Notes under the pieces: generated by a model
Told to the model about the DNA's origin: nothing
The model's database searches: none
The model's input: only the letters and a program-made list of their open reading frames with translations
Translations under genes and position numbers: made by a program
Source of the DNA: an uncultured Chloroflexia bacterium
Lineage (GTDB): Bacteria > Chloroflexota > Limnocylindria > Limnocylindrales > CSP1-4
DNA: 64,000 nucleotides
NCBI GenBank assembly: GCA_963720315.1
Contig: CAVRFC010000002.1
Coordinates: 97,990 to 161,989, forward strand
Direction: 5' to 3'
Shown: piece after piece, positions 44,061 to 52,945 of the stretch
Position numbering within the stretch: position 1 is the stretch's first letter
Layout: each line of letters starts with the position of its first letter

Positions 44061-46806
44061 CCCGGGGTCCCGCCGACGTGCTCGTGAGGGCCCGGCAGCT
44101 GATCCACCGGCATGTCGAGTGCATACGCGACGCTCTCGTCGAGCGTCATCGCCCGCCCGATGAGGGCGTACCGCTCTAGGTCGGTGGGGCTCATGGACGC
44201 GCGTGCACTCGGGCGGTAGCCGGACTCGTACTTCGTGTCGACGAGGTCCGCCAGGCCGACGCCGCTCGCGGCCGACAGGGCCCGAGCGGCACCCCACAGC
44301 TGGGCCGCTCGCGGCAAATCGTCCCGTCCGACGGCCTCCGACGCCAGGTCGTCGAGGGCCAGCGTGATCCCGGCCACGTCGCCCGCACCATGGAACAGCC
44401 GAAGGGCCTCGCGCAGCTCAGGGCCCGCTTCGTCGAACCTACCGAGCCGGATGAGCCCCGTCCCGATCATGTGAAGTGACCAGGCCTCCATCGACTGGTC
44501 ACCCTCCCGCCGGAAGATCTCGAGCGCCTCGCGGACATACTCGATGCCCTGGTCCGTCGCGTTCTTGAAGTAGCGGTAGTTCCCGATGCCCCACAGCGCG
44601 TTGGCCGCGCCGCGGTCGTCGCCGACCTCCCGGAACAGGTCGGAGCGCCTCGTTCATCGCCTGGAAGCCAGCGCCGTCCGGATCGCTTTCCGCCGGTGTC
44701 GTTTGCCAGGGCGTACTTGAACGAGCTGTTGTACAGCGCGTTGGCGATCTCTCGCTTGTCACCGATCGCTCGCCACAGCTGGAGCGCCTCGTCGTACGCC
44801 GGGATCATCACATCCGGGTCGGCGGTCCACCAGCCCACACCGCCCAGAGCCTCCATGAGCCTGGCCCGAAGGACGGGGTCGTCGCGCGACCACGGCTGGG
44901 AGGCGATCGCGTCGAGCCGCCGGCGGGCCTCGGCGAGGTGTCCTCGCTTCTGCCAATAGCGCCACATCGCGAAGGCGATCCCGATGGCGACCGCCGGCTC
45001 CGGGGCCGCGGTCGCGCGTTCGAGGACCGCCCGGATGTTGTCGTGGTCGAGCTCGAGGCGGCCGAGCCAGCGCCGCTGGTCCTTGCCGGTGAGTTTCGGG
45101 GCGGTGGTTTCCGCGAGGGTCAGGAAGGCGGCCGTGTGCCGTCGCTCGATCGCCTCTCGCTCTCCGCTGGCGGCAAGCTGCTCCGCGGCGAACTCGCGGA
45201 TCGTGTCCAGCAAGCGGAAGCGCGTTACCCCGCCGACCTCCTCCGACCGGACGAGGCTCTGGTCGGTTAGGGCCATGAGGCCGTCGAGGACCTCGCAGCC
45301 GATCTCCGCGGCCGGTCCGCAGACCCCCTCCGCCGTCTCGAGGTCGCAGCCGCCGACGAAAACGGCGAGCCGCCAGAGCAGTCGTCGCTCACCCTCCGCC
45401 AGGATGTCGTAGCTCCACGAGATCGCCCCGCGGAGCGTCTGCTGCCGCTCGGGGAGGTCGCGCGAGCCGGCGGCGAGGGCGCCCAGCTGGTGCTCGAGAC
45501 GCTGGAGGATCGCCTCCGGCTGGAGCAGCTTGACCCGCGCCGCGGCGAGCTCGATCGCCAGGGGCATCCCATGAAGCCGGGAGCAGATCCCGGCGACGGC
45601 CGGGGCGTTCTCGTTGGTGACCATGAAGTCCGGCCGAACGGCGACGGCGCGGGCGATGAACAGCCTGACGGCTTCGTACTGCGAGATCCCGGCGGCGGCG
45701 AGGTCTCGCTCCGCTTGCGGCAGGTTGAGCTTCTCCAGCTCCGAGAGGGCTAGGAGGTCGCGCGGAACGGGCAGGCCAGGGACCGGGTACTCCTGCTCGC
45801 CGGACACACGGAGAGGCGCACGGCTCGTCGCGATGACCGACAACCGATCGCTCGAACGCAGCAGGTCCGCGACCAGTGGCGCACCCTCGATGACCTGCTC
45901 GAAATTGTCGAGGACGAGGAGGATGTGGCGTTGGCCGAGCCACTCGACAAGGAGGTCGCGCGCGGATCGGCCGGCGGACTCGACGAGTCCGAGCACGCTG
46001 GCGATGCGCGAGGCAATGAGGCTCGGGTCCCGGACGGGCTCCAGGGGTACGAACCACACGCCGTCACCGAATTCGTGCCCGACGTCAGCTGCGAGCTGGA
46101 GCGACAACCGGGTCTTGCCGGTGCCGCCAGGCCCGGTCAGCGTTAGCAGGCGGGTCGACGCGAGGAGGACCGCCGCTTCGCGCAATTCAATTTCTCGGCC
46201 GACGAAACTCGTCAGCTGGGTGGGCAGATTGTTGGGGCGGCGGTCGAGCGAACGGATCGGTGGAAAGTCGGCTTGGAGGCCTTCGATCACGAGCTGGTAG
46301 ATCCGCTCCGGCCGGAGGTCCTTGAGGCGATGCTCGCCGAGACCGCGGATCGCGACAGCCTCGGGCAGCTCGTCGGCGACGAGTGCCGACGTCGTCTCGG
46401 ACAGGAGCACCTGACCGCCGTGACCGGCGCCGGCGACCCGGGCAGCCCGATGGACGTCGGCGCCGATGTACTCGCCGTCGGAATCGAGCATCCCGTCGCC
46501 GCTGTGGAGGCCCATCCGGACCCGCAGCGCGACGCCGTCGGGCCAGGGTTCAGCGGCGAGCCGCCGCTGAGCGTCGACGGCGGCACGGACCGCATCGGAC
46601 GGCCGCCCGAAGACGGCGACGAAGCCGTCGCCCTCGGTCTTGTCCTCGTGGCCGTCGACCGACGCGATGCCCGCTCGGATCAGTTCGCGATGCCGGGCGA
46701 GGAGGTCGGTCCAGCGCTCGCCGCGGAGCTCCTGCGCGAGCCTGGTCGAACCCTCGATGTCGGTGAACAGGAACGTCACGGTCCCGGTGGGTTTCGGGCG
46801 ACGCAC
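44057..46806 (-). pseudogene. Adenylate/guanylate cyclase (CHD) - AAA/NB-ARC ATPase - TPR multidomain protein; C-terminal TPR region disrupted by two 1-nt frameshifts.
   Basis: CHD domain: TVTFLFTDIEGSTRL, FVAVFGRPSDAVRAAVDAQRRL, VRMGLHSGD, GADVHRAARV. P-loop LTGPGGTGKTRL, LLVLDNFEQV. TPR region. C-terminal TPRs continue in two other frames (ORFs 44499..44762 and 44057..44491: ...FQAMNEALR|LFREVGDDRGAANALWGIGNYRYFKNATDQGIEYVREALEIFRREGDQSMEAWSLHMIGTG...). Frameshifts lie at about 44638-44642 (extra c) and about 44660-44690. Confidence 0.75.
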
Positions 46807-46825
46807 GAGCGTGGCGGATCCCTCG

Positions 46826-47254
46826 TCAGTGATGCTGCTGCTCCGTCACGGAACGAACACGGGCGGCGAGACCGCGAAGGATGGCGAGGGCGAGGGTCGG
46901 ACTCTCCAGGACGGCCTGCTCGAAGTCCCACGAAGCCAGGGCGAGGCAGCGCGTCGGCTCGGTCGCGATGACCTGGGCGACGCGTGGCAGCCCGTCGAGG
47001 ACCGAGAGCTCGCCGAAGAACTCGCCTGGGCGGAGGACCGCCAGTTCGTCGCCGTCGCGGACGACCCTCACGGCGCCGTCGACGACGAGGAAGAAGCCGG
47101 TCCCGATCTCGCCCTGCCGGGCGATCACCCGGTTGGCCGGAAAGTCGACCTCGATCGCTCGTTGCGCCACCAGCGCGAGGTCGGCCGGTGTGACTCCCGT
47201 GAACAGCCGGCAGGCACCGAGCAACTCGGTCCTCCGATCCTGGGTGAGCGTCAA
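46826..47254 (-). CDS. Cyclic-nucleotide-binding (cNMP) domain protein, immediately upstream of and co-directional with the cyclase gene.
   Basis: CAP-family cNMP-binding domain: LFTGVTPADLALVAQRAIEVDFPANRVIARQGEIGTGFFLVVDGAVRVV...GEFFGELSVLDG..R.A.V.A. Start uncertain: TTG at complement(47252..47254) or the ATG at 47536. The upstream part of the ORF overlaps the divergent gene. Confidence 0.6.
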   Translation of the reverse strand: MTLTQDRRTELLGACRLFTGVTPADLALVAQRAIEVDFPANRVIARQGEIGTGFFLVVDGAVRVVRDGDELAVLRPGEFFGELSVLDGLPRVAQVIATEPTRCLALASWDFEQAVLESPTLALAILRGLAARVRSVTEQQHH

Positions 47255-47374
47255 AGAAACCTCTCCACGTCGAACTCCGCTGATGCTGCCGCCGGACGGG
47301 GCCGTCGTCAACCTGCCGCTCGTGCCGGGTGGCAGAATGCGCGAGGAGGATCCGCACCGGAGGAGCGTGGCGCG

Positions 47375-47797
47375 ATGGCCAGCCGTCTCGATCTCGTCGA
47401 CCAGATCGCGGGTTTCGCCCTGTTCGCCGATCTCCCCACGCCCCAGCTCGAGCGGGTCGCGCATACCTTCGAGGAGCGCATGTACCAGGAGGGCGAGCGG
47501 GTCCTCCGCCAGGGCCTCTCCGGCTCGGCGTTCCACATAATCCTGGACGGCGACGCCGCGGTCATCATCGACGGCGAGGAGCGAGCGACGCTGTCTCGCG
47601 GCGACTTCTTCGGCGAGGTGTCGATCCTCCTCGGCGAGCCCCCGGTCGCCGATGTCGTAGCTGTTAGGGAGCTGCGCTGCCTCGTGCTCGCCGGCGCGCA
47701 GGTCCGTCCCTTCCTCCTCGACAACCCGCCGATCATGTACCGGATGCTCCAGGCGCAGGCGCGCCGGCTGCGGAACGCGAACCGGTGGCGAAGCTGA
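47375..47797 (+). CDS. Cyclic-nucleotide-binding domain protein (standalone cNMP-binding domain).
   Basis: ATG 47375 with AGGAG SD. LFADLPTPQLERVAHTFEERMYQEGERVLRQGLSGSAFHIILDGDAAVII...GDFFGEVSILLGEPPVADVVA. Confidence 0.7.
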   Translation: MASRLDLVDQIAGFALFADLPTPQLERVAHTFEERMYQEGERVLRQGLSGSAFHIILDGDAAVIIDGEERATLSRGDFFGEVSILLGEPPVADVVAVRELRCLVLAGAQVRPFLLDNPPIMYRMLQAQARRLRNANRWRS

Positions 47798-49323
47798 CCG
47801 ACCGCCCGTTCCCGCCGGGTTCCTACCCGGTCATCGTCGTCGGGAGCGGGCCGGGCGGCCTCCAGGTCTCGTACTGCCTGAGCAGATTCGGCGTGGAGCA
47901 CGCCCTGCTGTCGGCCGACGCGGAGCCGGGGGGCATGTTCCGACGCTGGCCGTTCTTCCAGCGACTCCTGTCCTGGACGAAGCCGTACGCGCCGGTCCCG
48001 CGGCTGGACCCGGCCTACGAGCGGTTTGACTGGAACAGCCTCCTGGCCGACGAGGACCAGTACCGGGCAATCATGCCGGACTTCATGGACGGTACGTCGT
48101 ACTTTCCCTCACGACCGGAGATGCAGACCAACCTCGAGGCATTCGCGGATCGGACGAACGTCCGAGCCCGGTACGGCTGCCGGTGGACGGCCACGAGGCG
48201 CGAACCGTCGGCCAACGGCGACTCCTTCGTCCTTGAGACCAGCGACGGGGAGTACCGCACGAAGATCCTCGTGATCGCCGTCGGCATCGCCGAGCCGTAC
48301 CTGCCCCAGACGCCGGGGATCGAGCTGGCGGCTCACTACGCCGACACCCAGCCCGCAGAGGCGTACGCCGACAAGCGGGTCTTCATCATCGGCAAGCAGA
48401 ACTCGGGGTTCGAGCTGGCGACTGGTCTCCTGCCGTGGGCCCGCCGGATCATCGTCGCCTCGCCGTCGCCGACGAAGCTGTCGGTCAATACGCGTTCGCT
48501 CGTCGGAGTCAGGGCGCGCTACGTCCAGCCGATCGAGGATCACGTCCTGGGAGGCGGGGTGGCGGTTCTCGATGCGGCCATCCAGGGGATCGAGCGGCTC
48601 CCCGGCGGGGCGCTCCAGGTCCGCGCCCGACCGACCGCCGGTGGCGACGAGCTCGCGTTCGAGGTCGATGCGGTCATCGCGGCCACCGGGTTCGTGGCGC
48701 CGCTGCTCGACCTGCCGGACCTCGGTGTGACCACGTTCGGACAGAGCCGCCTGCCCGCCCAGACGCCGTACTGGGAGAGTGCCTCGGTGCCGGGGATCTA
48801 CTTCGCCGGGACGATCTCGCAGGGTGCGGGCGGTCTCAAAAAGCACGGCCAGCCGGCGAACTCCGGGGCGGTCCACGGCGCGAGATACAACGCAAGGCTC
48901 CTGGCCCGGCACATCGCCGCAACCCGGTTCTCCGCGCCGGCCGCTCTCGAGCGGCCCAGGATCGCGCCCAACGAGCTCATCGAGACGCTCGCGAGCCATC
49001 TCGCCGTCTCACCGGAGCTGTGGCACCAGCGAGCCTATCTCGCCCGGATCGTCTCGCTCGGCCCGACCGACGGGCCGCGGGACGAGGGCTATGTGCCGCT
49101 CGAGGCATTCGTCGACGCCGCCGGGGACGACGGCGCCGGTGATGCCGTCGCCTTGACCCTCGAGGCGGACGGCTCGGGAGCGATCTATCCGGTCGTCTAC
49201 GTCCGGCGGGACGGCAAGTTGGAGGAGCACACGTTCGAGCCGGACATCCTGCTGCGATATGACACGCCGGACGTCCGTCGCCGTCTCGCCGAGATCGTGG
49301 CGTCGGGCGTGGCGGCCGGGTAG
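47785..49323 (+). CDS. FAD/NAD(P)-binding oxidoreductase (pyridine nucleotide-disulfide oxidoreductase / flavin-monooxygenase-like; no redox-active CxxC seen).
   Basis: GTG 47785 overlaps the previous stop by 13 nt. FAD motif VIVVGSGPGGLQ. Second dinucleotide motif VFIIGKQNSGFELA. ATGFVAP and GIYFAGT near the C-terminus. Confidence 0.7.
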   Translation: MAKLTDRPFPPGSYPVIVVGSGPGGLQVSYCLSRFGVEHALLSADAEPGGMFRRWPFFQRLLSWTKPYAPVPRLDPAYERFDWNSLLADEDQYRAIMPDFMDGTSYFPSRPEMQTNLEAFADRTNVRARYGCRWTATRREPSANGDSFVLETSDGEYRTKILVIAVGIAEPYLPQTPGIELAAHYADTQPAEAYADKRVFIIGKQNSGFELATGLLPWARRIIVASPSPTKLSVNTRSLVGVRARYVQPIEDHVLGGGVAVLDAAIQGIERLPGGALQVRARPTAGGDELAFEVDAVIAATGFVAPLLDLPDLGVTTFGQSRLPAQTPYWESASVPGIYFAGTISQGAGGLKKHGQPANSGAVHGARYNARLLARHIAATRFSAPAALERPRIAPNELIETLASHLAVSPELWHQRAYLARIVSLGPTDGPRDEGYVPLEAFVDAAGDDGAGDAVALTLEADGSGAIYPVVYVRRDGKLEEHTFEPDILLRYDTPDVRRRLAEIVASGVAAG

Positions 49324-49377
49324 GTCCGGGCCCGCCATCTGTCAGCTGTTGGCGGCTAACCGAGCAATGATTAGCCG

Positions 49378-49412
49378 TTGACGACTAATCAGCCTTCAAT
49401 TAGCCTGCAGCG
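49378..49412 (+). promoter_or_regulatory. Sigma70-like promoter TTGACG-N17-TAGCCT ending 6 nt before the ATG; implies a leaderless mRNA. Embedded ATTAGCC/GGCTAA repeats.
   Basis: ttgacg (49378-49383), 17-nt spacer, tagcct (49401-49406), ATG at 49413, no SD. Inverted repeat GGCTAA (49355-49360)/TTAGCC (49371-49376). Direct repeats gATTAGCC (49369-49376) and aATTAGCC (49398-49405). Confidence 0.35.
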
Positions 49413-50072
49413 ATGAACGCAATCGTCCTGTTCGGGGATGTGATCCGCTCCCGCCGCGACGCGACCGGTTCGACGACCTGGCTGCGGACACTCGCCTCGG
49501 AGCTGGAGGACGCCTATCCCGCCGAGTCGCGGCTGGCCGACTTCGAATTCACCCAGGGCGATGAGATCCAGGGCCTGCTTCGGCCCGGTGCCGATCCGCT
49601 CGCCGCGATCCTGCGAGCGTGGCTCCATCCGGAGCGCAGGAGGATGCGCTGGGTCGTCGTCGCGGGTGAGGTCGATCCGGGGACAGGCCCCGCGACGCAG
49701 CGGACCGGGCCGGCATTCCTCCGCGCCCGGGAGCGCCTGGACGAGGCGACGTCTCGCCGGGACGGCCTCCTGATGTCCACCGACGATCCATCGACGGATC
49801 GCCTCCTCGACGACCTCGCCCCAATCCTCGCCGAGCTCCTGGCCGACCTGACGCCGACCCAGGGCGCCATCGGCCGCCTGCTCCTGGTGGAAGGATTGCG
49901 CCGGTCTGATGCCGCGGAACGCCTGGGCAAGGCGAGGGCGACCGTATCGGTGGCAGCTGAGCGGGCCCACCTTCGCTCGATCGGGCGGCTCGCCGGGGCT
50001 CTCCGCGTACTCTTCGAAGCCGGAACCACGGCAGCCGCCACTCGACCGCCGATCGCCGAGGACGTTCCATGA
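49413..50072 (+). CDS. SatD-like protein. Family assigned from memory of the N-terminal signature; low certainty.
   Basis: MNAIVLFGDVIRSRRDAT...DFEFTQGDEIQGLL...RWVVVAGEVD resembles the SatD family (nucleotidyl-cyclase-like fold). Translationally coupled (ATGA) to a downstream membrane protein, as is typical of SatD/DUF3307 pairs. Confidence 0.5.
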   Translation: MNAIVLFGDVIRSRRDATGSTTWLRTLASELEDAYPAESRLADFEFTQGDEIQGLLRPGADPLAAILRAWLHPERRRMRWVVVAGEVDPGTGPATQRTGPAFLRARERLDEATSRRDGLLMSTDDPSTDRLLDDLAPILAELLADLTPTQGAIGRLLLVEGLRRSDAAERLGKARATVSVAAERAHLRSIGRLAGALRVLFEAGTTAAATRPPIAEDVP

Positions 50073-51118
50073 CCGATCCGATCCTCACCATTGGCTGGTT
50101 GGTTCTCGCCCATCTCGTCGCCGACTTCATCATCCAGACGACGGGCGTCGTCGCGGCGAAGACGTCGCGCGATGGCGGGGCCTGGCGCGGCCTCCTGGCC
50201 CACGGGTTCGGCGTCGCCGTCTGCCTCGTGCCGGTCGCCCTCGCGTTCGGCGTTCCCGGCCTTTGGTCTCTCATCGCGATCACCGTCGCTCACGTCGTCA
50301 TTGACCGGATCAAGATCGTCGCCACGCACGCGGCCGAGGCCCGGGCCCTCGCGGAAGCCCGCGAGCGACACGAGGGGCGCGTTCCGGCGGGAGGCCTCGG
50401 GAGAGCCTGGACGCCGCTGCCGGCGGTCTACTTCGCCCTCGACCAGGTGGCTCACCTCACGGTCATCGGCGTCGCCTGGGCGATCTGGCTTGCGGGCCAG
50501 GCCCCGACCGTGGAGTGGTCCGCGGCGATCGGCCGCCTGCTCGGCGCGCGGGATCAGGCAGTTATCAACGAGGTCAGCCTGGTCGCGGTCGTGTTCCTGT
50601 CGCTGCTCATCGCGAACACCCGCGCCGGGGCGTTGTTCGTCGCGACGCTCGTCCGGCCGATCGAGGCCGCGACCGGGTCGGACGAGGCGCCCCAAGGCAC
50701 GCTGCCGGGCACCGCGGCAGGGGCCGCCTCCGGGCGGGCCAGCGAGGCGCAGGGCGAACGGCCGCGCGGCTGGTCGTTTCGTATCGGGCCCGTCGCGGGT
50801 CACGTCCTGGCCGATCCACCGCCACGCTCTACGGCGGCCGCAGCCCAGGACCCGCCGGGCGCCGAGCGGGAGCGAGCCGCCGTGCCGCCGGCCCAGGTCG
50901 GCGCGACGATCGGCGTGCTCGAGCGGCTTCTCATCGTGACGCTGCTACTCGTCGGGGCAGACGCAGCGATCGGGTTCGTCGTGGCCGCGAAAACGATCGC
51001 CCGCTTCCGGCTCCTCGACGACCGCGACTTCGCCGAGTATTACCTGCTCGGGACGCTCGCCAGCGTGTCCGTCGCGATCGTCACGGCGCTGGCCGCGCGG
51101 GCGGCGCTACCGGGCTGA
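50069..51118 (+). CDS. Integral membrane protein, DUF3307-like. Family tentative.
   Basis: ATG overlaps the SatD-like stop. TM helices at both ends (ILTIGWLVLAHLVADFIIQT, GFGVAVCLVPVALAFGV, LIAITVAHVVIDRIK, IGVLERLLIVTLLLVGADAAIGFVVAAK, YYLLGTLASVSVAIVTALAA) flank an Ala/Gly/Pro-rich loop. Confidence 0.5.
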   Translation: MTDPILTIGWLVLAHLVADFIIQTTGVVAAKTSRDGGAWRGLLAHGFGVAVCLVPVALAFGVPGLWSLIAITVAHVVIDRIKIVATHAAEARALAEARERHEGRVPAGGLGRAWTPLPAVYFALDQVAHLTVIGVAWAIWLAGQAPTVEWSAAIGRLLGARDQAVINEVSLVAVVFLSLLIANTRAGALFVATLVRPIEAATGSDEAPQGTLPGTAAGAASGRASEAQGERPRGWSFRIGPVAGHVLADPPPRSTAAAAQDPPGAERERAAVPPAQVGATIGVLERLLIVTLLLVGADAAIGFVVAAKTIARFRLLDDRDFAEYYLLGTLASVSVAIVTALAARAALPG

Positions 51119-51126
51119 GTCCACCC

Positions 51127-52291
51127 TCAGGCGGGCGTGGCCAGCCGGGCCAGCCGGTCGGTAGCCGCGCGGAGCGTCTCGAGTCGCTTCGGAAAGGCGA
51201 ACCGCAACTTCGTCCGGCCGAGATCCGGATTCGAGTAGAACGACGACCCCGGCACGCCGGCGACGCCCGGATCGAGAATCAGCCGCCGGGCGAAGGTCAC
51301 GTCGTCTTCGTCGGTCAAATCGCGAATGTCGGTCATCACGTAGTAGGCACCGGCCGGCTCGTGGATTCGGAAGCCCGCCTTGGCGAGCGCCGGCAGCAGG
51401 GTGTCGCGGCGCTCGCGGTAGGACGCGGCCAGCGACGCGTAGTAGGAATCGGGGAACGCGAGGGCGGTGACCGCCGCCTGCTGGAGTGGGGCAGCTGCGC
51501 CCACGGTCAGGAAGTCGTGGGCCCGCCGGATGCCGACGCTGAGCAACGGCGATGCGATCACCCAGCCGACCCGCCAGCCGGTCACCGAGTAGGTCTTCGA
51601 CATCGAGTCGATCGAAACAGTTCGATCGGCCATCCCGGGCAACGTCGCGAGCGGGATGTGCTCGCCCTCGTAGACGATGTGCTCGTAGATGTCGTCGGTG
51701 AAGGCGAGCAGGTCGTGCTCCTGACACAGAGCGGCGATCAGCTCAAGCTCGTCAGCGGCGGAAGACCTTGCCCGTTGGGTTATGGGGCGAGTTGACGACG
51801 ATCGCCCGCGTCCTTGGCGTCACGGCGGCCCGCAGCCCGTCGGGGTCGATCGACCAGTCCGGCTCGTGGAGGGTCACGTACCGCGGCACGGCGCCCGACA
51901 GGATCGCGTCCGGTCCGTAGTTCTCGTAGAACGGCTCGAAGACGATCACCTCGTCACCCGGGTCCAGGAGCCCGAGCATGGCCGCGATCATCCCCTCAGT
52001 CGCGCCGCATGTGACCGTGATCTGCGTCTCGGGGTCGACATCCCAGCCCGGGTGGAAGCGAGCCGTTTTCGCCGCGATTGCCTCGCGGAGCGGCCGCGCA
52101 CCCCACGTGATGGCGTACTGATTGATATCGGCGTAGAGGGCGGCAGCCGCCGCGTCCTTCAGGTCCTCGGGAGCGGGGAAGTCCGGAAAGCCCTGGGCGA
52201 GGCTGACGGCACCGGCCGCGACCGCCAGGCGGTTCATCTCGCGGATGACCGATTCGGTGAACGACTCCGCCTTGCGGCTGATCCGGCGCAT
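51127..52291 (-). pseudogene. Class I/II PLP aminotransferase (aspartate/aromatic aminotransferase-like), split by a 1-nt frameshift.
   Basis: N-terminal ORF 51752..52291 ends at IVVNSPHNPTGKVFRR*. The continuation (...AADELELIAALCQEHDLLAFTDDIYEHIVYEG...SMSKTYSVTGWRVGWVIA..., PLP lysine in SMSK) lies in the frame of ORF 51127..51642. The shift is at the cc run around 51752-51760. Confidence 0.75.
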
Positions 52292-52321
52292 GGCGATGAG
52301 TGTAGCCGCGGGCCGAGCGCT

Positions 52322-52945
52322 TCAGCCTCGTCGCGGCGGATCGGATGGTGGCGGGCGCCGGCTCCGATTGAGGAACGCGAGCACGGCGATGAACGCGAGG
52401 CTGACTGCAACGAGCACGAGGATGCCCTGGCCGATGCCGGCGCCACCGGCCAGCACGCCCTGGAACGCGATTGCGACGATGACCGCCGAGACGACGACGA
52501 GCCCGATCAGGCTGGTCCGGGCGCTGGGCCCGGTGGCGTCGTCCCCGCCGAGGGGCCGAAGGCCGATCACTCCCGCTGTCGCGATGAGGGCGGCGGCCGG
52601 GAGGACGAAGGCGAAGGACTGGAAGCCGCGCGCCCCGAGGACCGCCGCGACGACCTGGGCCGCCAGCGCGATCCCGATCGCCACCAGCCCGCCGGCCGCG
52701 GGCCGCCATCCTCGGTATGCCCCGAAGGCCAGCGCGGGTATCACGAGCCAGGCCACGAAATCGACGAGGTAGACCGTGCGGTCGAGATCGGAGGCACTCG
52801 GGCACGCATCCTCGAAACAGTCGCTCCACCAGGTCAGGAAGATCGCGATCGGCAGGGACACGAGCAGCACCAACCAGCCGATGGCCGCCAGGGCGGCAGT
52901 AGCTGCACGGGCACCGGATGCGTTCGATTGCTCGCGGCGATTCAC
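52322..52945 (-). CDS. Hypothetical integral membrane protein.
   Basis: GTG start overlaps the upstream stop (GTGA). Five to six hydrophobic helices. No recognised domain. Confidence 0.5.
   Translation of the reverse strand: MNRREQSNASGARAATAALAAIGWLVLLVSLPIAIFLTWWSDCFEDACPSASDLDRTVYLVDFVAWLVIPALAFGAYRGWRPAAGGLVAIGIALAAQVVAAVLGARGFQSFAFVLPAAALIATAGVIGLRPLGGDDATGPSARTSLIGLVVVSAVIVAIAFQGVLAGGAGIGQGILVLVAVSLAFIAVLAFLNRSRRPPPSDPPRRG

Noticed and set aside
46640-47374. 385-aa plus-strand ORF as a long cNMP-binding protein
   Set aside because: Only the last 140 aa form the cNMP domain. The upstream part is antisense to the minus-strand cNMP-binding gene, so the ATG at 47375 with an AGGAG SD is the real start.
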